A DNA stretch of 64,000 nt from Spirochaetaceae bacterium. GTDB taxonomy: Bacteria; Spirochaetota; Spirochaetia; DSM-2461. Positions 40,505 to 50,838 of this stretch are shown one piece after another. The translations under genes and the position numbers were made by a program. The notes under the pieces are model-generated. The model was not told the origin of the DNA. It did not search any database and saw only the letters and a program-made list of their open reading frames with translations. Position 1 is the first letter of the stretch; every line of letters starts with the position of its first letter. The stretch is from assembly GCA_051531975.1 (NCBI GenBank), contig JAOPTT010000020.1:1-64000 (forward strand). Reading direction: 5' to 3'.

Positions 40505-40522
40505 CTATTCAGTATACATCAA

Positions 40523-40599
40523 CTGTGTCCTAAAAGACACAGATAATTGCAAATATATAGGGTACAGATTATCGATAAGACTCTGTACCCTATATATTT
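40523..40599. promoter_or_regulatory. Putative MocR operator region (inverted repeats)
   Basis: CTGTGTC-N6-GACACAG (40523-40542) and a perfect 18-bp inverted repeat AAATATATAGGGTACAGA-N13-TCTGTACCCTATATATTT (40551-40599). Confidence 0.7.
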
Positions 40600-40661
40600 C
40601 TGCTGTTTTGATTCTGTCTTTCCAAACTAGGTGGGTATAACATACTGTAGGGGTATGAAAA

Positions 40662-41732
40662 ATGTTAACTATGGAACAAACAGAATTAAAAATACAAAAA
40701 GCAATTTATGGAATATCAAATCTAATTGGTAATACGCCACTATTAGAGATTACATTTAAATATAAAGGTGAATTACGAAAGATATTTGCAAAAGCTGAAA
40801 ACTATAATTTAACTGGTAGTATTAAAGATAGAATGGCAATGCATATTTTAAAAAAAGCCTATTATTCTGGTGCTATAAAACCAGGGGATAGAATAATAGA
40901 AGCGACTAGTGGAAATACTGGAATTGCGTTCTCTGCGATTGGACGATTTTTAGGTCACCCAGTAACAATATTTATGCCTGATTGGATGAGTAAAGAGAGA
41001 ATTAATTTAATAAAGAGTTATGGTGCTGATATTGTATTAGTCTCTAAAGAGCAGGGTGGTTTCCGTGGAAGTATAGAGATGGCTAATAAGATGGCAGAAG
41101 AGCTTGGCGATGCATTTAGGCCACAACAATTTGATAACCTTGATAATTCTGATGCACACTACTCAACTACTGGTCCTGAAATATCCAAACAACTAGAAGC
41201 TCAATCTATGGTTCCTGATGCATTTGTTGCCGGAGTTGGAACTGGTGGTACTGTTATGGGTGTTGGGAAATACCTAAAAGAGCAAAATAACAATATTAAA
41301 ATATACCCGTTAGAGCCATCAAACTCTCCAACTTTAACTACTGGACATAAGGTTGGTTCACATAGAATACAAGGTATCTCAGATGAGTTCATTCCATCTA
41401 TAGTAGAATTAGATAAACTTGATGATATAATATGTGTCGACGATGGAGATGCAGTTATAATGGCTCAGAAACTAGCTTTTAATCTAGGTCTAGGAGTAGG
41501 TATATCTTCTGGGGCAAACTTTATTGGAGCATTAATAGCTGGGGAAAAACTTGGATCTAATAAAATTGTAACCACAGTATTTTCTGATGATAATAAAAAA
41601 TACCTAAGTACTGATTTAGCAGGTACAGAACCAGTAAAAGAGGGGTTTTATTCTACTGATATTGAACTTCTTAGTGTTAATAGTTTACATAGGGTTTGTG
41701 AGATTTGTAATAAGGGAAATAAAGCATCTTAG
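40662..41732 (+). CDS. PLP-dependent cysteine synthase-family enzyme, Fn1055-like (L-cysteine to L-serine + H2S)
   Basis: [10 protein letters not shown] (PLP Lys), [46 protein letters not shown]. Confidence 0.85.
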   Translation: MLTMEQTELKIQKAIYGISNLIGNTPLLEITFKYKGELRKIFAKAENYNLTGSIKDRMAMHILKKAYYSGAIKPGDRIIEATSGNTGIAFSAIGRFLGHPVTIFMPDWMSKERINLIKSYGADIVLVSKEQGGFRGSIEMANKMAEELGDAFRPQQFDNLDNSDAHYSTTGPEISKQLEAQSMVPDAFVAGVGTGGTVMGVGKYLKEQNNNIKIYPLEPSNSPTLTTGHKVGSHRIQGISDEFIPSIVELDKLDDIICVDDGDAVIMAQKLAFNLGLGVGISSGANFIGALIAGEKLGSNKIVTTVFSDDNKKYLSTDLAGTEPVKEGFYSTDIELLSVNSLHRVCEICNKGNKAS

Positions 41733-41809
41733 TTTATTGAGTTTTAATTTTCTTTTACTAAGTATTTAAACCTATATAATATATAATTATAGGATGAGGT
41801 CTCTTAGTA

Positions 41810-42655
41810 ATGAAAATTGAATATCAGATGCAAAAAAACTTAACATACAAAAATAGAACAGTATTCAGTAAAGTATCATTAGATAGTTTTGATAGAGTCC
41901 CCAAATTATATACAGATAACGAAGCTTGTTTTTTATTTGTTAATAGTGGGGAAATATCAGTAAGATCTCAAGATGATTATATGAATTTAGATAAAAACAC
42001 AGCTCTACTAGGTAAATGTTTAAACTATTTTTTTGAAATGAATAGACAGTTGAAACAGAAACAAAAAGGCATAGAAGTTCTTGGAATTATTCTCTATCCT
42101 GATATTGTTGAGGAGTTATTTGAATTCGATTTGGAAAATTATACCTATACAGTCAATTTTAACTTAAAGCAGATAGAAGTAGATAAATTGATGATTAATT
42201 TTAGAGAGAGCATCAATTTATTACTTGATAATCCAGAGTTGGCTGATGAGTTAATGATAAAAAATAAACTAAAAGAGTTTATATTATTACTTACAAAGTC
42301 CCAGAGAGCTCCATCTCAATATGATTTTCTATCTGCTATGTTTAAACCTAATAATGTTCATTTTAAAACAACTATCAGCCATAATATTTATAGTAATTTA
42401 ACAATAGATGAGATGTCACATTTATGTCACTTAAGTACATCTTCATATAAAAGGAAGTTTAAAGAGGTTTTTAATGAGACTCCTCAGAAATATATAGTTA
42501 ATAAGAAAATTGAAAAAGCTGCAGTGCTTCTTAAAAACTCAAATTTAAGAGTTTCAGAGATAGCTTATGAAATCGGTTTTGATTCTTTGTCTACTTTTAA
42601 TAGGAATTTCGTTAAAACATTTAATATATCTCCATCTAACTATCGATTGAACTAA
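41810..42655 (+). CDS. AraC family regulator (ExsA-like N-terminus)
   Basis: LSTSSYKRKFK and IAYEIGFDSLSTFNRNF HTHs. Confidence 0.9.
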   Translation: MKIEYQMQKNLTYKNRTVFSKVSLDSFDRVPKLYTDNEACFLFVNSGEISVRSQDDYMNLDKNTALLGKCLNYFFEMNRQLKQKQKGIEVLGIILYPDIVEELFEFDLENYTYTVNFNLKQIEVDKLMINFRESINLLLDNPELADELMIKNKLKEFILLLTKSQRAPSQYDFLSAMFKPNNVHFKTTISHNIYSNLTIDEMSHLCHLSTSSYKRKFKEVFNETPQKYIVNKKIEKAAVLLKNSNLRVSEIAYEIGFDSLSTFNRNFVKTFNISPSNYRLN

Positions 42656-42684
42656 TTTGATAACTTATTGATCTAATCTGATAA
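42646..42684 (+). promoter_or_regulatory. Putative AraC binding direct repeat upstream of the SDR gene
   Basis: ATTGAACTAATTTGATAA / ATTGATCTAATCTGATAA, 16/18 identical, 21-bp period. Confidence 0.65.
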
Positions 42685-42744
42685 GTTTATATTCAAATTT
42701 CTCCTTATATTATAATTAAGTGATTTGAATAGGAGATTTTAAAA

Positions 42745-43653
42745 ATGAATAAAAGAATAATGATTACAGGAGCAAACGCAGGACTTGGTAAAGAGAGTGC
42801 AAGACAGCTTGCATATGTAAATGGTACAGAAAAAGTAATTCTAGCCTGTAGAAACAGGGATAAAGCTTTAGCTGCACAAAATGAACTTGAAAATATAACA
42901 GGTAAAAAGATATATGAAATACTTATAATGGATGTTTCTAATCTGGAATCTGTTAAAAAAGCTGTTAACGAACTAGAAGTTCCAATCGACGCACTTATTA
43001 TGAATGCTGGTGGAATGGGTGGACCAACACCAAATAAAAAAACAGAAGATGGAGTAACACATATTGCAGCTTCAAATGTATTAGGACATGTTTTATTATT
43101 GGATGAACTTCTAAAAAAGAAGAGACTTAATAATGTCGCACTGTTTGCAGGTACTGAAGCTGCTAGAGGCGTACCTAAAATGGGAATGAAAAGACCAAGT
43201 TTAAAGACATCCTCGGTTGAGGAGTTTAAATCAATTTTTGACGGGTCTTTTTTTCCAGAAAATGTTAAACCAATGGTTTCATACGGACCTGTAAAATACG
43301 CTGCAATTATGAGTTTAATGTCTACATCTCGTAAATATCCAGATATAAAAATATTATCTATGAGCCCAGGTGGTACCAGTGGAACTGAGGCCGCAAAAAA
43401 CTTACCTGGAATAATGAAATTTATGATGGTTAAATTAATGCCTTTAATGGGAATGATGCATAGTTTAGAAACTGGGGCCAAAAGGTTTGTAGATGGAATA
43501 GCAGATAATAAATTCGAAAGTGGTAATTTTTATGCTAGTAAAGCAAAAGCAGTTACAGGGGCAATAATAGATCAAAGTGATATTTTCCCTGACTTAAAAA
43601 ATGAAACTTTTCAGGACAATGCTAATTTAGCAATTCATAACTTTATTAAATAA
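42745..43653 (+). CDS. Short-chain dehydrogenase/reductase
   Basis: ITGANAGLG, VILACRN, MNAGG, YxxxK (YGPVK), SPG. Confidence 0.9.
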   Translation: MNKRIMITGANAGLGKESARQLAYVNGTEKVILACRNRDKALAAQNELENITGKKIYEILIMDVSNLESVKKAVNELEVPIDALIMNAGGMGGPTPNKKTEDGVTHIAASNVLGHVLLLDELLKKKRLNNVALFAGTEAARGVPKMGMKRPSLKTSSVEEFKSIFDGSFFPENVKPMVSYGPVKYAAIMSLMSTSRKYPDIKILSMSPGGTSGTEAAKNLPGIMKFMMVKLMPLMGMMHSLETGAKRFVDGIADNKFESGNFYASKAKAVTGAIIDQSDIFPDLKNETFQDNANLAIHNFIK

Positions 43654-43679
43654 ATATCACATTATTATAATAACTGTGT

Positions 43680-43710
43680 TATATCTTCTATTAATTATAT
43701 AGAAGATATA
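43680..43710. terminator. Hairpin between convergent genes
   Basis: TATATCTTCTAT-N7-ATAGAAGATATA, a perfect 12-bp stem. Confidence 0.6.
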
Positions 43711-43765
43711 TACATGCCTATAATTAAAAATATAAAAGGTAGGAATATACTTGATTCTTCGGTAA

Positions 43766-44569
43766 TTATATATCTTCATGGTTCACATTTTGAAAAGTAT
43801 TTAATTCCAATAATACTTTTTTTCTAAAAGTTCCAGGAGGAATATTACATTTACTTTTAAACAATTTATTAAAATATTGTGTATCAGGTATTCCTACTGA
43901 AGAACAAATCTCTTTTATAGATAATGTCGTTGTTGCTAAAAGTTCCTGGGAACGTTTTATTCGTAAATTATTTAGATATTTAAGTGGTGGATCATCAAAA
44001 TAATCTTTAAATATAACAGAAAAATAACCGGGAGCATAACATGCTATTTCAGATAATTCATTTATACTTAAAACCTTGTTCAAATTCGCTTCCATATATT
44101 TTTTAACATTCAATAAAGGGATAGGGCATTGTTCATTAGAATCCTCTATAAAATTTGATAACAAAATATCTATAGAACCTCTAACAAGCATTTCTGATTT
44201 AAGATCAGAATTAGTATAATTTGCAGAGATATTATTAAACATATTTGTTAAGTTATATGTAGATTCTGGACTATTTATTAGTATTGGACTGTAATCAATA
44301 AAACTGTATAGATCTTTATCATAATTAATTGTGAAATTTATATAACTATGGTCAAGATAGGATTTACATTTAGATTGTATCAGAGAAAATGAAGGTAGTA
44401 GGTATAGGTTATCTTTTTTAAGTTCTATTATACGATCATTAGTTATTATCTGAGCCTCTCCGCTATGTATAAAGTATAATCTGTTTACAGGTAGTGCTGT
44501 TAAATCCTTAGACCATTTGGATCCAACTCTACTACGACCTGCAGTATGAATATTATAATAATTTAACAT
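43766..44569 (-). CDS. AraC family regulator
   Basis: Cupin-like N-terminus; YFSVIFK and YFNKLFK..PGTFRK HTHs; divergent from the sulfatase. Confidence 0.9.
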   Translation of the reverse strand: MLNYYNIHTAGRSRVGSKWSKDLTALPVNRLYFIHSGEAQIITNDRIIELKKDNLYLLPSFSLIQSKCKSYLDHSYINFTINYDKDLYSFIDYSPILINSPESTYNLTNMFNNISANYTNSDLKSEMLVRGSIDILLSNFIEDSNEQCPIPLLNVKKYMEANLNKVLSINELSEIACYAPGYFSVIFKDYFDDPPLKYLNNLRIKRSQELLATTTLSIKEICSSVGIPDTQYFNKLFKSKCNIPPGTFRKKVLLELNTFQNVNHEDI

Positions 44570-44666
44570 TAAATCTCCATATCTGAGAAATATACAATGA
44601 TGACTAGGTTTTCTCTATTTAATTATGATGTTTTATACAAGATAATGTAAGTACTGGGAGATAATA

Positions 44667-46421
44667 ATGAGTAAAAAACCTAATGTAGTATTTGTATTAA
44701 CTGATGACCAAGGATATGGCGATCTTAGTTGCACTGGAAATCCATGGCTAAAAACTGACAATATTGACTCATTTTATAATGATTCTATGATAATGAATAA
44801 TTTTCATGTTGGACCTACATGTGCACCTACTAGGGCAACACTAATGACAGGACATTATGCTAATTCAACAGGTGTATGGCATACAGTTGGTGGCCGGTCT
44901 CTGCTTAGAGAAGATGAAGTCTCTATTGCTACAGCGTTTAAAAATGGTGGTTATAAAACAGGAATCTTTGGTAAATGGCATCTTGGTGATAATGCTCCAT
45001 ATAGACCCCAGGATAGAGGTTTTGATAAAGCCATTGTTCATGGTGGAGGTGGTATAAGCCAGGCTCCAGATTATTGGGGTAACGATTATTTTGATGATAC
45101 ATATATGGTAAATGGTGAGTTTAAAAAATTTGAAGGTTATTGCACCGATGTTTGGTTTAGAGAAGGTATTAACTTTATTAAAGAGAACAAAGAGAATCCA
45201 TTTTTCTGTTATATACCAACAAATGCACCCCATGGACCATTTAATATAATGAAAAAGTATAGGGATCTATATAAAGAAAAACTGGATATAACAGATGCAA
45301 AACAGAGAGAGCGTTTTTATGGAATGATTACTAATCTGGATGAAAACTTTGGAATATTAAGAGATACATTAAAAGAACTGGAGTTGGAAGATAATACTAT
45401 TTTAATCTTTATGACTGATAACGGAACATCCTGTGGTGCTACTTTTGATGATTCTGGAAAGCTTATAGATGGCTGGAATAACGGACTTAGAGGCTGTAAA
45501 AACTCAGAGTATGATGGAGGTCACAGAGTTCCATTTTTCTTAAGATGGCCAAATGGTGGTTATGATGGTGGTAAAAATATAGATCAGCTAACAGCAAGTA
45601 TTGATTTAATGCCCACACTACTTGAGATGTGTGGAGTAGAACACGGTTTAACATTTCATGGTAAATCTATTGTTCCACTACTGGATGGAAATTCAGATAA
45701 ATGGACAGATAGAGCTGTTGTAACAGACTCCCAAAGGGTTACAGATCCAATTAAATGGCGTAAAAGTGCAGTAATGACAAATAGATGGCGTTTAATAAAT
45801 GGCTTAGAGTTATACGATATGAATAATGACCGTTTACAACAGAATAATTTAGCTTTAGATCAACCGGAAGTTGTTATTAGTTTAAGAGAAGAGTATGACA
45901 AATGGTGGGATCTCGTTAAGCAAAAATATGATGAAGAGATACCTATATCCATTGGTTTCAATTCAGAAAGAGTCCGCCTATCATCCCATGATTGGAGAGG
46001 TGATGGAGATCATGCTGTATGGAATCAGTCTCAGATAAGAGATGGAAGAATTACAAATAGCTATTGGGAAATTAATGTCAAAGAGTCCGGAACATATGAA
46101 ATAGAAATGTGCCGATGGCCAATAGAGGGAAATGGTAGATCTATTAGAGAGGGAATAGATGGAGATGACATCGTCTGGAATAAAAATGATGTAGACGAAA
46201 CTAAATATGATTTTTATACAGGTGGTAAAGCCCTAAACATAATTAAAGCATCGATACTGATTGATGATATTAATAAGCAATCGGATGTAAATGATAGTGA
46301 TAATAGTATTAAATTCAGAGTAGAAATAAAAAAAGGTAAAACACATCTACAAACATATTTTACAACTGAAAGTGGGGATAGTCTTGGTGCTTATTATACC
46401 TATGTGACCAAAGTGTTATAG
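44667..46421 (+). CDS. Arylsulfatase (S1, S1_17-like), no signal peptide
   Basis: TDDQGYGD, GPTCAPTRATLMTG, GVWHTVGGRSLL, GKWHLG, TDNG. Subfamily call is from recall. Confidence 0.9.
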   Translation: MSKKPNVVFVLTDDQGYGDLSCTGNPWLKTDNIDSFYNDSMIMNNFHVGPTCAPTRATLMTGHYANSTGVWHTVGGRSLLREDEVSIATAFKNGGYKTGIFGKWHLGDNAPYRPQDRGFDKAIVHGGGGISQAPDYWGNDYFDDTYMVNGEFKKFEGYCTDVWFREGINFIKENKENPFFCYIPTNAPHGPFNIMKKYRDLYKEKLDITDAKQRERFYGMITNLDENFGILRDTLKELELEDNTILIFMTDNGTSCGATFDDSGKLIDGWNNGLRGCKNSEYDGGHRVPFFLRWPNGGYDGGKNIDQLTASIDLMPTLLEMCGVEHGLTFHGKSIVPLLDGNSDKWTDRAVVTDSQRVTDPIKWRKSAVMTNRWRLINGLELYDMNNDRLQQNNLALDQPEVVISLREEYDKWWDLVKQKYDEEIPISIGFNSERVRLSSHDWRGDGDHAVWNQSQIRDGRITNSYWEINVKESGTYEIEMCRWPIEGNGRSIREGIDGDDIVWNKNDVDETKYDFYTGGKALNIIKASILIDDINKQSDVNDSDNSIKFRVEIKKGKTHLQTYFTTESGDSLGAYYTYVTKVL

Positions 46422-46428
46422 TACACTG

Positions 46429-46456
46429 TTGACAATCTCATTTTATAGGGTAGAAT
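46429..46456 (+). promoter_or_regulatory. sigma70-type promoter
   Basis: TTGACA-16 nt-TAGAAT upstream of the GGGGG RBS and GTG 46483. Confidence 0.6.
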
Positions 46457-46482
46457 AATCTACTACAGCAGGGGGATAAATA

Positions 46483-48771
46483 GTGTTTTTCAAAAAAAAA
46501 CAGGTGAAAACTAAAAAGAGTATATTTAGAAGGTTTTTTATTCCGTATATGGTTTTACTTTTAATATTTTTTATCCCTCAGTTAATTATTAATCAGAACT
46601 TTTATAATAACCTTAAGTCTAATCACTCTGAAAAAATTAAGGAATTAACAAATAGGAGTCAAAAACAGGTAGATTCAAGATTTACTGAAATAGATAATAT
46701 CATGTCACAGATAATACTTGATCCTGAATTCAGATATTCTGCCCTCTCTTACTCTACAGATTCAAAAAAACTTTATAACTATGCTCTCTCTCTCCCTCGG
46801 TATCAATATATTAATAGTGTTCTTGAGGATATAATTATCTATTTTTATCAAAATGAGCTTTTTATTAAACCTGGAGTATTTTCATTAAGACCAGAAACAT
46901 TTTTTAAAGCAAATATTAATGATAATTATGTGAATTATAAACCCTGGGTAGAAGATATTAAATCAAATATAGGAGTTGATAGGTTTTTTAGATCATCCTT
47001 TAAGAACCTGGGTTTTGATACAACAACAGCAGATTTAATAACTTATATAAAAGATTTTCCAATAGGTAATAAAAATTCTACAAAAGGTATAATAATGTCT
47101 TCAATCTCCTTAAAAAGTCTTTTTTCAACTTTTGATAAAACTCAATTTGGTGAAAAAGGGGATTTTATTATTTTATATAATGATGAGTTTCTAGCATCTC
47201 TAAATTTTGTAGATAATTATAATCATCTTAATTTAAAAGAACTGCAACATAGTTCTACAGTTGAAATTGGTATAGAAACATTTCAGGTAATAACAATAAA
47301 ATCTAGATTTAAAGGGATCACTTATGTATCTTTAATACCTGATACTCTATTACTTCATCAGATTAATAATTTTTTAAACATCTCAATTACTGTGTTTATA
47401 ATCTTTTTGCTTATTGGAATATCAATCTCAATATTTTTTGCACTACAATCAACTAAACCAATTAATAAATTGTTTAATCTTATAGATTCCAAGGAAAAAA
47501 ATAACAAACAGGACAGTAGATTTAACTCCTTTGAGGATATTTTTACTTCTGTGGAGAAGATTGTGGATAAAAATGATCTTTTACAGGTAAATATAAAGAA
47601 AAACAGAGATAATCTTAAGTCAGGTTTTCTATCACAACTTATTTTTGGTAACTTTAAAGATCAAGAAACTTTAAATAGCTATCTAAACTATATTGAACTT
47701 CCATTATTAAGTAAAAATTACATATTGACCATTGGAAAACTAACCGGTTTTAATATTGATAATAAAGATAGAGAGGTAATAGAGGAGCTGGAACAAAAAA
47801 AGCTACTGATTAAAACAGTTATAGAAGAAGAGTTCAATGATTCTGTATTAATACAGAATTTACAAAGTGATAAAGTTATAATTCTATTTCATAGCAATAA
47901 AGGTTTTGATAAAAATATTATTAAATCATTTCTTAACCGAATAAGTCAAAAACTAGAAGATCACCTTAAGATAAAGAGTCAATTTGCTTTAGGTAATGTT
48001 TATAATAAAATAATCGATACAGCATTTTCATATAAAAGGGTTATAACTATATTTAATAATCCTGTACCTGCAGGGGATAGGGTAATATGTGTGGATAATA
48101 GTAATTTTACTGAAAAAATATGGACCTACTCCCTTGAAACAGAGTTACAGTTAATTTCTTTAGTAAGAATGGGGGAGTTTACAAAATCTATCGGTCTTTT
48201 TAATCAGCTAAAAGAGGATAATGAAAATTTAAGCCGAAGCAGAAAACTTGATTTTTTATATGAACTAAGTGGAACAGTATACAAGTTAGCTTACCAGTTA
48301 TTAGATGAAGATAATATCGCATCATTTGAAATACAGATGAACAAAAATAGGCATAGTGAACATATAATGGACTATTACACAGGTATAGAAGAACAGATAA
48401 AACAACTATGTTCAATTTCTGAAAAAAATAAAGAGAGCCACAATACCCAGCTAAGAGACTCTGTATTAAAATATGTTAATGATCACTATGCTGATTTTGA
48501 TATTAATCTTTACAAAGTTGCATCCCATTTTAATTTGGCTGAAAAATATCTTTCCCGCTTTTTTAAGGATCAGGGTGGACATAATTTTGCAAGTTATATT
48601 GAAGATCTTAGAATGAACCATGCTGTAATGTTAATGAGTGATACAAAATACTCCTTAACTGAAATATCTAAAAAGGTTGGATATTGTAGCCATAATACTT
48701 TTTATAAAGCATTTAAAAGAAAATTCAGCGTAAGTCCTGGTGTTTACAGGGAAAAAATGTCAGATAAGTAG
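46483..48771 (+). CDS. Membrane-anchored one-component AraC regulator (YesS-like)
   Basis: Two TM segments flanking an extracytoplasmic domain; C-terminal AraC (YLSRFFK, FYKAFKRKFSVSPGVYR). Confidence 0.85.
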   Translation: MFFKKKQVKTKKSIFRRFFIPYMVLLLIFFIPQLIINQNFYNNLKSNHSEKIKELTNRSQKQVDSRFTEIDNIMSQIILDPEFRYSALSYSTDSKKLYNYALSLPRYQYINSVLEDIIIYFYQNELFIKPGVFSLRPETFFKANINDNYVNYKPWVEDIKSNIGVDRFFRSSFKNLGFDTTTADLITYIKDFPIGNKNSTKGIIMSSISLKSLFSTFDKTQFGEKGDFIILYNDEFLASLNFVDNYNHLNLKELQHSSTVEIGIETFQVITIKSRFKGITYVSLIPDTLLLHQINNFLNISITVFIIFLLIGISISIFFALQSTKPINKLFNLIDSKEKNNKQDSRFNSFEDIFTSVEKIVDKNDLLQVNIKKNRDNLKSGFLSQLIFGNFKDQETLNSYLNYIELPLLSKNYILTIGKLTGFNIDNKDREVIEELEQKKLLIKTVIEEEFNDSVLIQNLQSDKVIILFHSNKGFDKNIIKSFLNRISQKLEDHLKIKSQFALGNVYNKIIDTAFSYKRVITIFNNPVPAGDRVICVDNSNFTEKIWTYSLETELQLISLVRMGEFTKSIGLFNQLKEDNENLSRSRKLDFLYELSGTVYKLAYQLLDEDNIASFEIQMNKNRHSEHIMDYYTGIEEQIKQLCSISEKNKESHNTQLRDSVLKYVNDHYADFDINLYKVASHFNLAEKYLSRFFKDQGGHNFASYIEDLRMNHAVMLMSDTKYSLTEISKKVGYCSHNTFYKAFKRKFSVSPGVYREKMSDK

Positions 48772-48823
48772 AAATAATCCATGTTCACTACACATCATCA
48801 GCCTTAAATGTAGAAATAATCCA
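48768..48823 (+). promoter_or_regulatory. Direct repeat GTAGAAATAATCCA x2 (putative AraC sites) upstream of the ABC operon
   Basis: Exact 14-mers at 48768-48781 and 48810-48823, 42-bp period. Confidence 0.65.
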
Positions 48824-48904
48824 CTACTAATTTACCATTTCAACTACTCCAATATCGATATTTGATACAATAATTATATTATCAAGTATCGGCGAGGAGG
48901 ATAT

Positions 48905-49834
48905 ATGAGAAGCAAATTGACATCAGGTTCAATTCTAAAAGATTTTCGTAAAAACTATCAGTTACATATAATTGTACTGATTCCAATTGTGTTTATTATT
49001 ATTTTTAACTATATACCTATGTATGGAGTGCAAATTGCATTTAAAAACTTTATTCCAATAAAAGGAATAATGGATAGTCCATGGGTTGGATTAAAATATT
49101 TTAAAAGGTTTTTTGATTCACCAATGTTTGGTAGGGTAATGTGGAATACCATTTCATTAAGTGTATATCAACTTGTTGCAGGATTCCCAATACCTATTCT
49201 TTTAGCACTGGCTATGAACAATACTAAAAAGAAATTGTTTAAAAAAAATGTTCAGATGTGGACTTATGCCCCCCATTTTATATCAACAGTTGTTCTTATT
49301 GGAATGATGTACCAGTTTTTCTCACCAAAATTGGGAATTGTAAATGATGTTATTAAACTTTTTGGTGGTGACCCAAAAATGTTCATGGGTAATCCTATGT
49401 ATTTCAGACATATGTTTGTATGGTCAGGAGTATGGCAGAGAGCGGGCTGGAGTTCAATAATTTATCTATCAGCTCTATCAGCTGTAGATACTTCCCTGCA
49501 TGAAGCTGCAATTGTAGATGGTGCAAATAGGTTACAGAGAGTGTGGCATATTGATATACCAGCAATTGTTCCAACAATGGTAACACTTTTTATTCTTAAT
49601 TTTGGTCGGGTGATGTCCATTGGTTTTGAAAAGGCACTTTTAATGCAAAATGCAACAAACCTAGAAGCCTCGGAAATAATTTCTACCTACGTATATAAAG
49701 TTGGTTTAGCATCTACAGTTCCAAACTTTTCATATGCGTCAGCTATAGGTCTATTTAATTCAGCAATAAACTTTGCCCTCTTAATCATAGTCAATAGAGC
49801 AGCTAAAAAAATGACAGAGACATCACTTTGGTAG
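48905..49834 (+). CDS. ABC permease (LplB/YteP-type)
   Basis: YIPMYGVQIAFK, SPWVGLKYF, APHFIS, LHEAAIVDGA. Confidence 0.93.
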   Translation: MRSKLTSGSILKDFRKNYQLHIIVLIPIVFIIIFNYIPMYGVQIAFKNFIPIKGIMDSPWVGLKYFKRFFDSPMFGRVMWNTISLSVYQLVAGFPIPILLALAMNNTKKKLFKKNVQMWTYAPHFISTVVLIGMMYQFFSPKLGIVNDVIKLFGGDPKMFMGNPMYFRHMFVWSGVWQRAGWSSIIYLSALSAVDTSLHEAAIVDGANRLQRVWHIDIPAIVPTMVTLFILNFGRVMSIGFEKALLMQNATNLEASEIISTYVYKVGLASTVPNFSYASAIGLFNSAINFALLIIVNRAAKKMTETSLW

Positions 49835-49843
49835 GAGAAGGAA

Positions 49844-50785
49844 ATGAGTAATACAGAGATGACAAAAAAAACAGAAGTACCAAAGTTAATTACTAAAAAC
49901 AGAAGGGTGCAAGATGAGAAGTTATTCTATTTTTTAAACGACTCAATACTTTTTATAATATTCCTATTGGTATTTTATCCACTGGTTTATATTGTAAGTG
50001 CTTCCTTTAGCTCACCTAATGCTGTTTCAGCAGGTAGAGTTTGGTTGTTTCCTGTGGATTTTTCTCTGGCAGGTTATGACGCAGTATTTGGACACAGAGG
50101 AATATTTACAGGCTATGTAAATTCAATTATTTATACAGTATTAGGGACAATCTTTAATATATTTCTTACTGTTTTAGCTGCATACCCACTATCTAGGAAA
50201 AAGTTTAAAGCAAAAAATATCTATATGTTTATTTTTGTTTTTACAATGTTTTTTAATGGTGGTCTTATTCCAACTTATATGCTTGTAGCCAAGCTTGGAC
50301 TAATAAATACAAGAGCCATTATGGTACTTATGGGGGGGATATCAGTATATAACATGATTATTACCAGATCTTTTTTCCAGAGTGCAATTCCTGATTCTTT
50401 AATAGAGGCGGCAGAGTTAGATGGTCTGAGTGATATTGGTATTCTGTTACATATATTTTTACCACTTTCTAAAGCTGTACTGGCTGTAATAACACTATTT
50501 TATGCAGTATTCCACTGGAATCAGTTTTTTGATGCTTTTATCTACCTAGGAGATAAAAAGTTATTCCCTCTTCAGTTATATCTAAGAGAGATACTTATAA
50601 TGAATCAAATCGACCAATCCATGCTTGAAACAATGGATATGGAAGAGATGATGGCACGGGAAGGACTTGCAGACTTGTTAAAATACTCACTAATTATTGT
50701 GGCAAGTGTACCTGTAATGCTTATCTACCCATTTATCCAGAAACACTTTGTTCAGGGTGTAATGATTGGATCTATAAAAGGTTAA
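49844..50785 (+). CDS. ABC permease (LplC/YtcP-type)
   Basis: AYPLSR, FNGGLIPTY, EAAELDG, YPFIQKHFVQGVMIGSIKG. Confidence 0.93.
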   Translation: MSNTEMTKKTEVPKLITKNRRVQDEKLFYFLNDSILFIIFLLVFYPLVYIVSASFSSPNAVSAGRVWLFPVDFSLAGYDAVFGHRGIFTGYVNSIIYTVLGTIFNIFLTVLAAYPLSRKKFKAKNIYMFIFVFTMFFNGGLIPTYMLVAKLGLINTRAIMVLMGGISVYNMIITRSFFQSAIPDSLIEAAELDGLSDIGILLHIFLPLSKAVLAVITLFYAVFHWNQFFDAFIYLGDKKLFPLQLYLREILIMNQIDQSMLETMDMEEMMAREGLADLLKYSLIIVASVPVMLIYPFIQKHFVQGVMIGSIKG

Positions 50786-50838
50786 TTTAACCGTAGGTTT
50801 ACGGTTTATTAAATATTAAAAAATAATAGGAGATTTTA

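Noticed and set aside
40662..41732. Calling this gene cysK
   Set aside because: The motifs better fit the Fn1055-like cysteine-degrading subgroup, so no gene symbol was assigned.
42705..43481. 258-aa minus-strand ORF
   Set aside because: It is the antisense shadow of the SDR gene and has no motifs of its own.
48768..48823. Direct repeats as a mini-CRISPR
   Set aside because: Only two 14-bp copies and no cas genes; the promoter position fits regulator binding sites.
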